Positions 40,871-52,310 of a DNA stretch of 64,000 nucleotides are shown piece after piece. Source of the DNA: Balanoglossus misakiensis (lineage: Eukaryota; Animalia; Hemichordata). Positions within the stretch are counted from its first letter, which is position 1; each line of letters starts with the position of its first letter. The translations under genes and the position numbers were made by a program. Location of the stretch: contig CM082581.2 in assembly GCA_040954595.2 (NCBI GenBank), forward strand, positions 4,704,699-4,768,698, read 5' to 3'. The notes under the pieces are model-generated. The model made no database searches, was not told where the DNA came from, and was given only the letters and a program-made list of their open reading frames with translations.

Positions 40871-43800
40871 CTATAAAAGATAATTGTACAATTACGAAAT
40901 TATCACCAACTATATTCCTATGACGTTTGTGGACTCATGCTTATCTACAGGAATTATTGCTATACATAAACACGTAACAAGTGGTTTCAGAAATAAAGGC
41001 AAGTTTTCATGCTATACGTAGACATACATCAGAATTAAACACAATATGTAGTTAGTGTCATGCTTTATACTGATTTGATTCTTACCTTTCCACGTGCTGC
41101 TTCTGAACCAGAAGCAACATAAGGTCGGATGAATTCGCTATGTTTGTAAGAGTCAGTCTCTGAAATATCCACTGTCATGTCGGCTTGGTGTTTACGTTGA
41201 TACCATAAACCCTGAAAACAAAATTGCACGAACACATGTCATTGTGAGTGCTTTGCCATGACGTTTGACACCGATATTATTTAAGGAATATTGATGTGTA
41301 CCTCATTAACATCAATTAACTCTAAGCTTAAGTTGACGGTTAGGTGGCCCATATTACTGAGATGCGTGATCGTGTTATTGTTTCGTAAGTTAGTTTGTCG
41401 GTCGGTCAGTTGTTTGCTTGATTGATTGATTGATTGATTGATTAGCTTTTGATAATCACCAGTCACTTTCATTGCAATCCCCCCACATTTTGCATATGCT
41501 ACTCAAAATGAGAGCCTTGTTAGAAAACGACCGTTTTCAAATTACCTGAAAATCTCTCGCCGTGGCCATCGCTGCTTTGCCGAAGGAAGGACCCCTAGAA
41601 TCATCTTCACCGTACAAACTGTCCTGTTCCCAATACAACCGTTCTGGCTCGCCAAACCGGCCACGTTCTTTGTCATCACCTCCGGGCCAATTCAGTGCCC
41701 AGGGGCGGTGTGCAGATTTTGCATAACGCCGAGGCTTGTCTTTCCTGAATCTTCTATGCAGCACAAAAAGCAATACTAAAGCAACCACTATGATGCCAGC
41801 TGTGAGACCACTGGATAGGCCAATTATCCCCCGGGTAGGTAAAACTGCAATAGACGTTTTTTAAGATTAATTGCTGTGGCACGAAACATTGCATAGTTTC
41901 TTAATTTTAGCAGAAGAGATACATAACGCATATCATTTGACGATGCCAGTATCTTTGTACTAAAATGTCGAAGTAAATGCAATAATGACATAGTGGCATA
42001 CCCTTTATCATTGCAGCATGAGTGAAATGTATAAAAACAGATTCTTCGTATACAGGGTATCTCTAATCAGGTCATTGCAGACGTGTCATTTATGTTGGAA
42101 GTATAATTTGGCTTATAGTATAGACATGTATGTTTACCTTCTCTCGCCATTTTATCATTGATAAGTGTAAATTATTAAGGAGTTAAATTTACATGTAGTA
42201 AGTGCATAACTATATCACCATGTAATAACAGTAAGTCATGAGAGGAACATGTATACCCGTTTTACTTGGGACTGGCTCACAAAATTCTCCCGCGTAGCCG
42301 TTGTCACATCTGCATGAAATGGAACGAAAATTAGAACGCAACGGACGGGACGTATTTAATGTAGGAAAATGCAAGGTTAATAACAATGCCATACGGAAAA
42401 CATTTAGTCTGTATTTCAAGCTACTAGCGTGGTGACTTGCACGTTTTACTGCTGACGAATTGCTGTCCAATGGATATATGTTCATGTCTAATGTTAGTCT
42501 TTTTAGTTCCTTGATGTCAAACTGACACTTTAAAACAGTCTCTGCCAAATCTGGAGTAAGCATTGGGAAGCTGATGATGAAAAATGTACTTTGTCAGAGA
42601 ACTCATCCAAGAAGGTTGTGAGACCAGGGTATTGGTGGGAGTCTTCAACGAAAATATAATAGTGTTTCCCCTTAAAGCGGCAAACAAAACTCCACCACCC
42701 TTATGCATGTCAAGGCGATAATTCTGTTTTATAAGATCTGATAACATGTTCGTTGCAGGACTTCGTAGTCCAGTATCTGACTTTTTGACTGAAAATGTTT
42801 CATATTAAGGAGTCATAATATGTTACTTTGTACATCACTCTATTCCGCCGGCTATGAATCTAAGCTGTTACTATATTCCAGCATAAGAGCTCCAAGATAC
42901 ATTGTACCCACCGATACACGTTCTCGTAATCCGACTTACTTGCATATAAATCCATCGTCTGAAATCTCACACATTCCACCATTTCGGCATGGATTGCTCT
43001 TACATGGTTCTATTATGGAAGTAAATAGTTTAGGACCATGTGACATTTACTCAGATCAAATGATCATACATAAGGGTATAGAGCCCAATTACTAATTCCA
43101 ATGCTTAAGCAGAAAACTTGAACCAGTGCTATAAGAATGGTCAGGATTGGCGTACAGTGAAAACGCTGGCTTGCAAGAATGAATTAATATTTTCTCAAAT
43201 ACTCATATCAGTATAAAACAGTTATCACATATTTTACAATTTTCCGAAGACGTTTCTTTTGTGACTTAACTAAACGATATTGAAAATCTAGCAACGCAAA
43301 CGAATCTCCCTCATTTTCTCGACTACCTGGTTACCGGCACTTTTGATCGGACGTAAAATTTCTGTCTTATTTGTGTGGTATATTTTGTATAAAACACGTT
43401 CCGAAATAATTTCGGAATTCCACAGACCGAAAATAATACTTTCCAAATTTGAAATCATTTAATATTGGTGAAGGAATAATAATAAACGGTTTATAAATGT
43501 GACTTAAGATTTCTTTCGCTTTTGAGGTTGCTCTATCTGATGGTGTACCTGTAGTGACTGATGCAATTGATGTGCTTACGGCTCCAGTCATCCCTGATGT
43601 ACCAGATGCAGTAGTTGTTGCATACTCAGTTGTTGTTGTTGCAGTTGTATCTGATGTCACCGGAGGAAATGTTGGAGCGTCTGTCTCTTTTGAGGTTGCT
43701 CTATCTGATCCCGGTGGTGTACCTGTAGTGGTTGATGCAACTGGTGTGCTTTCGACTGCAGTCATCCCTGATGTACCAGATGCAGTAGTACTTGCATGCT

Positions 43801-46800
43801 CAGTTGTTTTTGTTTCAGTTGTATCTGATGTCACCGGAGGAAATGTTGGAGCCTCTGTCTCTTTTGAGGTTGCTGTATCTGATGCCGTTGGTGTACGTGT
43901 AGTGGTTGATGCAATTGATGTGCTTTCGACTGCAGTCATCCCTGATGTACCAGATGCAGTAGTTGTTGCATACTCAGTTGTTGTTGTTGCAGTTGTATCT
44001 GATGTCACCGGAGGAAATGTTGGAGCCTCTGTCTCTTTTGAGGTTGCTGTATCTGATGCCGTTGGTGTACGTGTAGTGGTTGATGCAATTGATGTGCTTT
44101 CGACTGCAGTCATCCCTGATGTACCAGATGCAGTAGTTGTTGCATACTCAGTTGTTGTTGTTGCAGTTGTATCTGATGTCACCGGAGGAAATGTTGGAGC
44201 CTCTGTCTCTTTTGAGGTTGCTGTATCTGATGCCGGTGGTGTACCTGTAGTGGTTGATGCGATTGATGTGCTTTCGACTGCAGTCATCCCTGATGTACCA
44301 GATGCAGTAGTTGTTGCATACTCAGTTGTTGTTGTTGCAGTTGTATCTGATGTCACCGGAGGAAATGTTGGACCGTCTGTCTCTTTTGAGGTTGCTCTAT
44401 CTGATCCCGGTGGTGTACCTGTAGTGGTTGATGCAATTGATGTGCTTTCGGTTGTAGTCATTCCTGATGTACCAGATGCAGTACTTGTTACATACTCGGT
44501 TGTTGTTGCTGCGGTTGTATCTGATGTTAGCGGAGTAATTGTTAGATCCTCTGTCCCTTTTGTGGTTGCTCTATCTGATGTCGGTGGTGTACCTGTAGTG
44601 GCTGATGCAATTGATGTGCTTTCGGTTGTAGTCATTCCTGATGTACCAGATGCAGTAGTTGTTACATACTCGGTTGTTGTTGCTGCGGTTGTATCTGATG
44701 TTAGCGGAGTAATTGTTAGATCCTCTGTCCCTTTTGTGGTTGCTCTATCTGATTTCGGTGGTGAGTCTGTAGTGGCTGATGCAATTAATGTGCTTTCGGT
44801 TGTAGTCATTCCTGATGTACCAGATGCAGTAGTTGTTGCATACTCGGTTGTTGTTGCTGCGGTTGTATCTGATGTTAGCGGAGTAATTGTTAGATCCTCT
44901 GTCCCTTTTGTGGTTGCTCTATCTGATGTCGGTGGTGTGTCTGTAGTGGCTGATGCAATTAATGTGCTTTCGGTTGTAGTCATTCCTGATGTACCAGATG
45001 CAGTAGTTGTTGCATACTCGGTTGTTGTTGCTGCGGTTGTATCTGATGTTAGCGGAGTAATTGTTAGATCCTCTGTCCCTTTTGTGGTTGCTCTATCTGA
45101 TGTCGGTGGTGTGTCTGTAGTGGCTGATGCAATTGATGTGCTTTCGGTTGTAGTCATTCCTGATGTACCAGATGCAGTAGTTGTTACATACTCGGTTGTT
45201 GTTGCTGCGGTTGTATCTGATGTTAGCGGAGTAATTGTTAGATCCTCTGTCCCTTTTGTGGTTGCTCTATCTGATGTCGGTGGTGTGTCTGTAGTGGCTG
45301 ATGCAATTAATGTGCTTTCGGTTGTAGTCATTCCTGATGTACCAGATGCAGTAGTTGTTACATACTCGGTTGTTGTTGCTGCGGTTGTATCTGATGTTAG
45401 CGGAGTAATTGTTATATCCTCTGTCCCTTTTGTGGTTGCTCTATCTGATGTCGGTGGTGTACCTGTAGTGGCTGATGCAATTAATGTGCTTTCAGTTGCA
45501 GTAATCTGTGTGGGTTCATGCTTCTAAATTGGGGGGGGGGGGGTCATTATTCTTCGTGATGAGTCTGAAATATTACGCTGTGGGGAAAGTCACCAGCAGG
45601 CGAGGGTCAATGTGATGACTTGTTGGTGAAACAAATACATGTACCTTCTAAATCTTTTACGATTTTCTTTTGAAGAAACGATATTTCTAACGGTGTTTCT
45701 TCACTTCAGACATTTCCAATCCCGAAATTCAGATGTGGTAATACCGTATAAGATATGATCAAATACACCTATCTTGTCACAAGTTGTCAACAATTGTTCA
45801 AACACAATTAATCTAAACAGATATATAGAAGTTTCTTGCCAAATAACGTTTCATACAAGAAAGCGAAATACACAGAAAAGGTATTTGAATAAGACATCAA
45901 GTCAAATCAATGACGATCATATAGATGAAGTAATTAGTGACGGTTATTCACCAACACCTGCTTTCATAATCTGACAGTTGTTTTTGTGATGATGAGGTTG
46001 AAATTCGTAAAAAATGTAAAGATCAATATGATAATAGTGAAGATGAATATTTCTCAGATTGTACCATATAAATCAAACAGGTGTTGTGTGGCATTTTAAG
46101 TGCAGTGAGATGTGGTATCAACCGGATTAGTAACCAGTATCTACTACACAACAGTAGAATTTTCAAATCTGGCCTATCTCCGAAGGCAAGTAAAATGGAT
46201 ATATTTGAAATACAGTGTCCAGACTCATTCTTTCAAACCATGTTGGCCATAGCATTGTGTGCAGGGCACGTTTTGATTACGTCTCAGCATTTTCGACTTT
46301 AGCTGTCGTCCGTCAACAACTATTTCAAACTTTTCACGCGTGCCCAGAGCTTAAATAGGGTTAAATGTGATAGGGATACAGTTTATTGTTCAACAATAGG
46401 GAAGTTGTAGGACCGCCTCCACACTGGTCCAGACGCAAGAACCAGTGAATTAGTGACTATTATATTTTGTTCTGGTCGTTGCACCCGTGGTCCACAAAAG
46501 CTTCATGGTGTCCCGATACGCTTTCACGTCACGTACTTGGTATTTGATATGGTTGAGCAGTTCAATTGTCATGACAACGTGGGCCGGTAAGTCGAAAACA
46601 TCCAAAAGGGGAAACGATGTATTTACTGGTCCTAATATCTAATCCACAATGTCTATTCTGGTCTTTGCTAAACTGTCTCAAAATTCGCAATGAGGAACTT
46701 ATACAGTAACCGTCTTATGATAGATAACGTAAACCGCGCTCGCTACATTGAGTGTAACACAAGTATTGTGGCTTCCTTCAGGTTTACATACAGTTGTACG

Positions 46801-47351
46801 GGTTAAAGCGAAGTTGTATCAATTAGGCCGTTCACATTACTAAAAAAAGGCTAGGCCCTTGTCCTAGCAAGGTCCTACCCTTGTCCGGACAATTTTGGTC
46901 CCAGTCGAAAGGGATTGTCTGTGGCCGACCCTGGTCTCAGCCTGGTGTGTGTGGACACGTTTTGTCCGACTCTGGTTCTAGTTGGCACCTTTTACAATTG
47001 ACATAAACAGTGTAGTCTATCATTTGACAATGGCGAAAATCTTATAAACAACCAGAAGAGGACAAACATGGTTCTGCTTTATAAGGTCAAAGGTTGGCCA
47101 GACGACGTTGGCCAGGACTGTGCCAAACTCAATGTGAACAGGGACTAAAGATTAGCTTATCTTGTCGCAATCATCGGGATTAGTTTTGCCCGGCCATGGG
47201 CCTAGATGTGAACCTAGCAAACGTGTGTAACGTAGACAAAGGACGTCTTGTTCCACATTGGTTCACTCATGCAAATCTTACCTGTTGTACTCGACACACT
47301 CAGCATTAGCGTTAGTCCACAAAGCAATATTTCGGCTCCTGAAGGTGCCAT
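40778..47351 (-). CDS. Type-I membrane mucin-like gene: signal peptide, PTS tandem repeats, EGF-like domain, TM helix, cytoplasmic tail
   Basis: Exons 47351-47282, 45523-~43520, 43009-42940, 42309-42257, 41844-41546, 41211-41086, 40870-40778. The last five exons join in frame through GT-AG introns. The junctions on both sides of the repeat exon are unresolved. Confidence 0.8.
41086..41211 (-). CDS. Cytoplasmic-tail exon (GLWYQRKH...EFIRPYVASGSEAARGK)
   Basis: 126 nt, phase 0-0, ttttcag acceptor and AAG|GTAAGA donor, open frame. Confidence 0.85.
41546..41844 (-). CDS. Transmembrane and juxtamembrane exon of the mucin gene
   Basis: IIGLSSGLTAGIIVVALVLLFVL followed by HRRFRKDK; acceptor ttgcag, donor CAG|GTAATT. 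Confidence 0.88.
42257..43009 (-). CDS. EGF-like domain split over two exons (43009-42940, 42309-42257): EPCKSNPCRNGGMCEISDDGFICKCDNGYAGEFCE
   Basis: Six Cys in EGF spacing; phase-2 intron AA|GTAAGT...tgcag|A. The second exon may instead end at 42266. Confidence 0.9.
43367..45523 (-). CDS. Mucin PTS-repeat exon (Thr/Ser/Pro-rich)
   Basis: Acceptor (c)n-aatttag|AAG at 45523; one open frame of >700 codons to the stop at 43367; includes ORF 43367-45331. Confidence 0.85.
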   Translation of the reverse strand, partial: KHEPTQITATESTLIASATTGTPPTSDRATTKGTEDITITPLTSDTTAATTTEYVTTTASGTSGMTTTESTLIASATTDTPPTSDRATTKGTEDLTITPLTSDTTAATTTEYVTTTASGTSGMTTTESTSIASATTDTPPTSDRATTKGTEDLTITPLTSDTTAATTTEYATTTASGTSGMTTTESTLIASATTDTPPTSDRATTKGTEDLTITPLTSDTTAATTTEYATTTASGTSGMTTTESTLIASATTDSPPKSDRATTKGTEDLTITPLTSDTTAATTTEYVTTTASGTSGMTTTESTSIASATTGTPPTSDRATTKGTEDLTITPLTSDTTAATTTEYVTSTASGTSGMTTTESTSIASTTTGTPPGSDRATSKETDGPTFPPVTSDTTATTTTEYATTTASGTSGMTAVESTSIASTTTGTPPASDTATSKETEAPTFPPVTSDTTATTTTEYATTTASGTSGMTAVESTSIASTTTRTPTASDTATSKETEAPTFPPVTSDTTATTTTEYATTTASGTSGMTAVESTSIASTTTRTPTASDTATSKETEAPTFPPVTSDTTETKTTEHASTTASGTSGMTAVESTPVASTTTGTPPGSDRATSKETDAPTFPPVTSDTTATTTTEYATTTASGTSGMTGAVSTSIASVTTGTPSDRATSKAKEILSHIYKPFIIIPSPILNDFKFGKYYFRSVEFRNYFGTCFIQNIPHK
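43520..45505 (-). repeat. Coding minisatellite: 11 full 174-bp (58-aa) units plus a partial unit
   Basis: The GTSGM motif recurs every 58 aa; six units carry KGTEDL/ITITPLTS and five carry KETD/ExPTFPPVTS. Confidence 0.95.
46825..47147. mobile_element. Possible MITE relic in the first mucin intron
   Basis: Imperfect inverted ends taggccgttcacatt / aatgtgaacagggacta around a GC-richer interior; family not determined. Confidence 0.35.
47282..47351 (-). CDS. Signal-peptide exon of the mucin gene (MAPSGAEILLCGLTLMLSVSSTT)
   Basis: aaaaATGG context, hydrophobic core, donor CAG|GTAAGA (phase 1). Link to the mucin exon is inferred from strand and position. Confidence 0.6.
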
Positions 47352-48440
47352 TTTTGCGCTCACCTTGCTGTGTCAGCGACTATATACTTGTGGAAGTGAC
47401 ACGTAGAGTTGATTTTCCAAAATCTTGGTCCACGCCCTATTTAGTATGCAAGGGCTACTGGGGTCGACGTCACCAGCCTGAATTATACAATGTTTCGCGT
47501 GACCTCAGCCAAGGGCTCATACATACCATCACGTTGTTCCCCGGTCTATTATACCCGATGTTGCACTTTATTCAATCAAGTCAACCTTTCCATGTATAGG
47601 TGAAACGAAAGTTGAGCGGCCGAGATTAGGAACTTTGTTTATACTCTTCTCTGATAGTGTTACGCGAAACATTTTAGCGCACAAAATTTCAGTTTAAACC
47701 GCTTCGAAAGATTGATTTTACGTGTTACACTACGGAAATGCTATTTTAGGATTTCAAATGTGCGCTACATGTACGTGCATGCATTAATCATTTTGAAAAA
47801 GGTGTAGAATGACATTTACGTCTCGCCGTAAGTTCTGGGTCGTTGCACTTCATTCAATCGAGTTACTTTTCACTGTAAGTGAAACGTTTATAGGCATTCT
47901 CCTCGCAGAGACCAGCGTGACTGGATAATTTGGCTTGGTAGTAAACAACGAAAACCTTTAGGGTAGGGCGTATCTATCAACAGTCACTTTAACAATATAC
48001 ATTTAAAAACGATGTAAACAGAAAACCATAAATAACGACTTTTACATCGCTATAGTTTCTCCAAGATGAATGTTTTGGTTGTCTGGTATACTGGTAAAGG
48101 CACAATGCTTAAGGTAATATGATACTTGGGGTGATAGACACCTCGTCTGTCTTTGTATTAAAAACAACAACAACGCATTTCCTACCAGGTATTCATGCAT
48201 GGCCAGTGGACCAGAACTTTTCGGAACGTCTTTAGACATAGGTACATGCAAGTCGTCGTACGCATTGCATCTCACCAATATGCATTTAAGAATGCCCGCT
48301 GCCGATTGTAAGAAACAAGTCACGAATTGTTTTGTAAATTGCACTATCCTCCACGTTGTTAGAATTGCTTGGTTCACCTGGGTACCAGTTGGTGTATGTC
48401 ATCTGAATCAAATGAAAGAGAATTACTAAATGTTTTACAA

Positions 48441-48487
<47 letters not shown>

Positions 48488-48532
48488 ATGTATGTATGTA
48501 TGTATGTATGTATGTATGTATGTATGTATGTG

Positions 48533-48564
<32 letters not shown>

Positions 48565-48700
48565 TGTATGTATGTATGTATGTATGTATGTATGTATGTA
48601 TGTATGTATGTATGTATGTATGTATGTATGTATGTATGTATGTATGTATGTATGTATGTATGTATGTATGTATGTATGTATGTATGTATGTATGTATGTA
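48441..48700. repeat. Compound microsatellite (TGTC)n then (TATG)n
   Basis: Read directly from the sequence. Confidence 0.98.
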
Positions 48701-49250
48701 TTTTCGAAGTACACGCCTCACCGGCGTCTAAAGTCCTCAGGATAGTAAGTTAGAAAGCTATTGACATAAAATGAAAGCTATTATTGACAGGTATTGATTT
48801 TCAGTATGTCGGTTGGAGCTGTAGGATCACTTTTAATCATATCCACAGTGATAACAGTTTAAAGTCATTATCTTTTAGGAAATCGAGGATATTCTTTTCA
48901 CGGGTGCTTCCACAAATTTTGACAATGTCTGCTTTGACCTAAACCTAAAACGTAACCGCTTTCCAGTGTCCATACCAGGAATGGTATGATTTATATCACT
49001 GTGTGACGTGGCATATATATGTATTTACATATATATAATATTTTCAAATTCCCTAAATCGGCTTAAACGGTTCAAACTCTACAGTTTCTTTCCCCAGAAT
49101 TTGAGTATTACTCAATTAATAACATGAGGTCAAATTACATTGGGCATATCACGACGGCTAAATTTATTAATATATATAACATGATTCACACAATGAAAAT
49201 GTAATTTACTTTCTCCCAACTTTTTGAACGACATTAAATTGCCGACCGTC
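48701..49250 (+). repeat. Direct repeat copy 1 (partner at 52311-52780)
   Basis: Shared ttttcgaagtacacgcctc...gaaatcgaggatattcttttc...aaattgccgaccgt. Confidence 0.9.
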
Positions 49251-50039
49251 CAACATTAAAAAATCTACGACAATAATTGAGGTTTTGACACGTGTCGCAC
49301 AACAACGTATGGCACAATTTCTACAGATAATAGCAAATCGAACATAAACTATACCACGTGTATGAAAACTTTCGCGATAGAAATGCCGAAAAGTTTGCGC
49401 ATTTGCGCGTTCCTTCTCAGATGGGTTACTCAATGCATGTTCTAAAACACTTAAAGGATGTGTTTAAGTCGAGTTGGCCAATTTCCTTTTCAAAATTTGA
49501 ATTTCTACCTAAGCACGTTCATGGATACCGCCATTTTGTAACCGTTCTTAGACTATAAGGATCATGGAATAGGCCTAATGTGGTATCATGTAAAAGTTTA
49601 CCAGCTGTTAAGCAAAAAATATGTTCAATGCCTCCAATTTGAACCTACAGTAAAAAAAACCGACATGAATAAATAGCAAAATATCAAGTATAGCTAGACA
49701 CCACAACCTGTAGTGTTAGGTATATGGGCGTTATTTCTGCGATTTGATCACGATGTACTTCAGCCGAATAAAAACAACATGGCGTCACCGTAAGGATGTT
49801 TCTTCGACAAAACGACGTTTAATTCAATGATGAAGCTTCTGGAAATGGCAAATTAACTCCGTGGAGGAAAATTTGCTGTCACTGTTAACTTTTTATTGTC
49901 CTAATTTGCTCGCGCGGAAATTGGGGTATTATGGATAACTGCCTTGATGGAGTTCTGTCGGACTACAGCCGACATAAAACACCACCGACAAGCAGGACTC
50001 CTGACATACAGAGCAGAGACTTAGATCACTCTGGGCATC

Positions 50040-52162
50040 ATGGCGTACATGTATCTGTGTGTCACACTGACAATCACCGTTGCGATTTTCGCCGGTTCTG
50101 TTGCACCCTCTCCGGTAAGTCTGGTTTTCTAACTAAAGTTAAACTTGTCTCTTTGACCGACTCGAGAAAAGAAAAAACACCTGCGAACTTCTCAGATGCA
50201 ATGTTAAATCTCCCACAAATGTAGCTGTAAGACCTTTATGAGATTGGTACACTGTGAATCATCTTTCACGTTTGCTGCATTCTGTCAAACCGTCAGACAA
50301 GTATCTATACACTTTCATTGAAGGTTCCTCCACCACTGAATTTCAACATGGTCTCGTTACATGAGTAACTCAACAAAACGAAATAACGACATCTCGTTTT
50401 AGAAACTGCTTGAGTGCTCAATTTTCTTATTTTGTTACAGGTTATGAGTACTGTACTACCCGGAATATATACAGAGCCGGTAGGTCCTAACTTGTATATA
50501 CAGGGAGAAATTATATAAGGGCAAAGGAAACAACTTCAGCTTTATTGCATTACACATTGAAATTGTCATATTTTTCGTTGTATTTCTTTCATATAACGTG
50601 TGCATGAAATGGTGTCTAAATTTTGTTCAAAAATCCTTAAATGTCCACTTGCTTTTCTTTATTCAAAAGACAATCACCGTTGCAATTTTCGCCGGTTCTG
50701 TTGCACCCTCTCCGGTAAGTCTTGTTTTCTAACTAAAGTTAAACTTGTCTCTTTGACCGACTCGAGAAAAGAAAAAACACCTGCGAACTTCTCAGATGCA
50801 ATGTTCTCCCGCAAATGAAGCTGCAAGACCTTTAAATTATGAGATTGGTAGACTATGAATCGTCTTCCACGTGTGCTGCATCCTGTCAAACCGTCAGACA
50901 AGTATCTATATACACTTTCATTGAAAGTTCCTCCACCACTGAATTTCAACATGGTCTCGTTACATGAGTAACTCAACAAAACGAAATAACGACATCTCGT
51001 TTTAGAAACTGCTTGAGTGCTCAATTTTCTTCTTTTGTTACAGGTTGGACCACCCTGGATATATATAGAGCCGGTAGGTCCTAACTTGTACAGGGGAAAT
51101 TATATTGGGCAATGGAAACAACTCCAGCTTTATTGCATTACATATTGAAATTGTCCTATCTTTCGTTGTATTTCTGTCATATAACGTGTGCATGAAATGG
51201 TGTCTAAGTTTTGTTCAAAAATCATTAAATGTCCGCTTGTTTTTCTTTATTCAACAGAGGGACGCCGACAACCCGATATCAGGTATGTTAGTAAGGGTGA
51301 ATGAGAGAGTGTGTGTTTGTTTGATACGTCTTTGTGGTGTATTAATTATTCAAAGATTTGCTGGTAAAACTCTAACGTCACATCACCACAATATTGCCTT
51401 TGGTGGCGGTGAATGTTACGAAGACGACGGGACAAAACCTGTCATAATTGGTTTCCACTTTCGCCTCATAAAACCACCCCTTCTCGGATAGGGACAAGGT
51501 CAAGGACCGACTGACCTTGGCCAAGCGGGGCGTGGGTGATCACAACCGGAACACTGACAAAGACCGGAGGGGTGCGTGGTGCTTCACCACTGACCCCGAC
51601 GTTAGATACGACTTCTGCGATATAGTGTCACCCGGGGAATATTGTGCAGGTGTATGTGCGGGTGCCATTTAACTAGCAAAACGCGATATATACATATGTG
51701 ATTTTCCGGTGGATTGCTTGCCATGTAATACAATTCAAGCTTCTATGAACCTTAAACAGGTGCAGACTTTAACAAAAGTTCTAACTGTTAACAAAACTTA
51801 TTAGTTTAGGCCATATGCTTCGTGTGATTTGACAAGATAGTAACAATTATAGTCAAGAATCATACTGGCCAAGTTTTGTCTTGTCTTGTGTTGTTTCGCC
51901 TTATCTAAAAAAATAACCGTGTGAAATCCAATTTGCAGCTCTGAGTGAGTGTTACCTTAAAGCGAGTGGAATGGACTATCACGGAACCGTATCCACCACG
52001 TACAAAGGGGAGCCGTGCCTCCCCTGGGCTGACAGTGAATATCCATCGTTCCCGCACAACTACTGTCGCAACCGAGGAAACGACTTTGGAGCTATGTGCC
52101 TCACTGCATCTGGATACAGCTACTGTGACATCGGCAGACGTAGTAAAACCTGCAAATTGTAG
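50040..52162 (+). CDS. Small secreted kringle-domain gene (exons 50040-50114, 50441-50479, 50670-50714, 51044-51073, 51258-51282, decayed kringle ~51403-51649, 51939-52162); may be partly or wholly pseudogenised
   Basis: Signal-like exon MAYMYLCVTLTITVAIFAGSVAPSP|GTAAGT; short phase-0 exons with canonical sites; two kringle-type segments downstream. Confidence 0.65.
50069..51257 (+). repeat. Tandem duplication of ~600 bp (50069-50668 and 50669-51257)
   Basis: Near-identical blocks 600 nt apart, e.g. gacaatcaccgttgc and ttgcaccctctccggtaagt at 50101 and 50701. Confidence 0.95.
51403..51649 (+). pseudogene. Decayed kringle exon
   Basis: Kringle motifs lie in three frames: ECYEDDG, CHNW..SPH, then GVGDHN-RNTDKDRRGAWCFTTDPDVRYDFCDI. 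The YRG..T segment and the YC of NYCRN are missing; the first frame stops at TAG 51489-51491. Confidence 0.8.
51939..52162 (+). CDS. Intact kringle exon (ECYLKASGMDYHGTVSTTYKGEPCLPW...HNYCRN...MCL...YCDI...TCKL*)
   Basis: Acceptor tttgcag, phase 1; six Cys in kringle order; HNYCRN signature (ORF 51971-52162). Confidence 0.85.
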
Positions 52163-52310
52163 TGACTTTAAATGATTTCTTTTAACAATCTGTGTACATT
52201 TCTGTCGTCTGCTGTGATTATGCAAATAGAAATAAAATGTTAGACACAGAAAACACCGACATTCGTCACTCAGTAAAGGTACAATGACACATTATTTTTT
52301 ACAAAGTACA

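Noticed and set aside
43520-45505. Regular array as a possible CRISPR-like locus
   Set aside because: Units are contiguous coding repeats with no unique spacers, no cas genes, and a eukaryotic context.
43554-45527. 657-aa Val/Ser/Asp-rich ORF on the + strand
   Set aside because: Antisense shadow of the Thr-rich mucin repeats; the - strand has the splice sites and the EGF/TM context.
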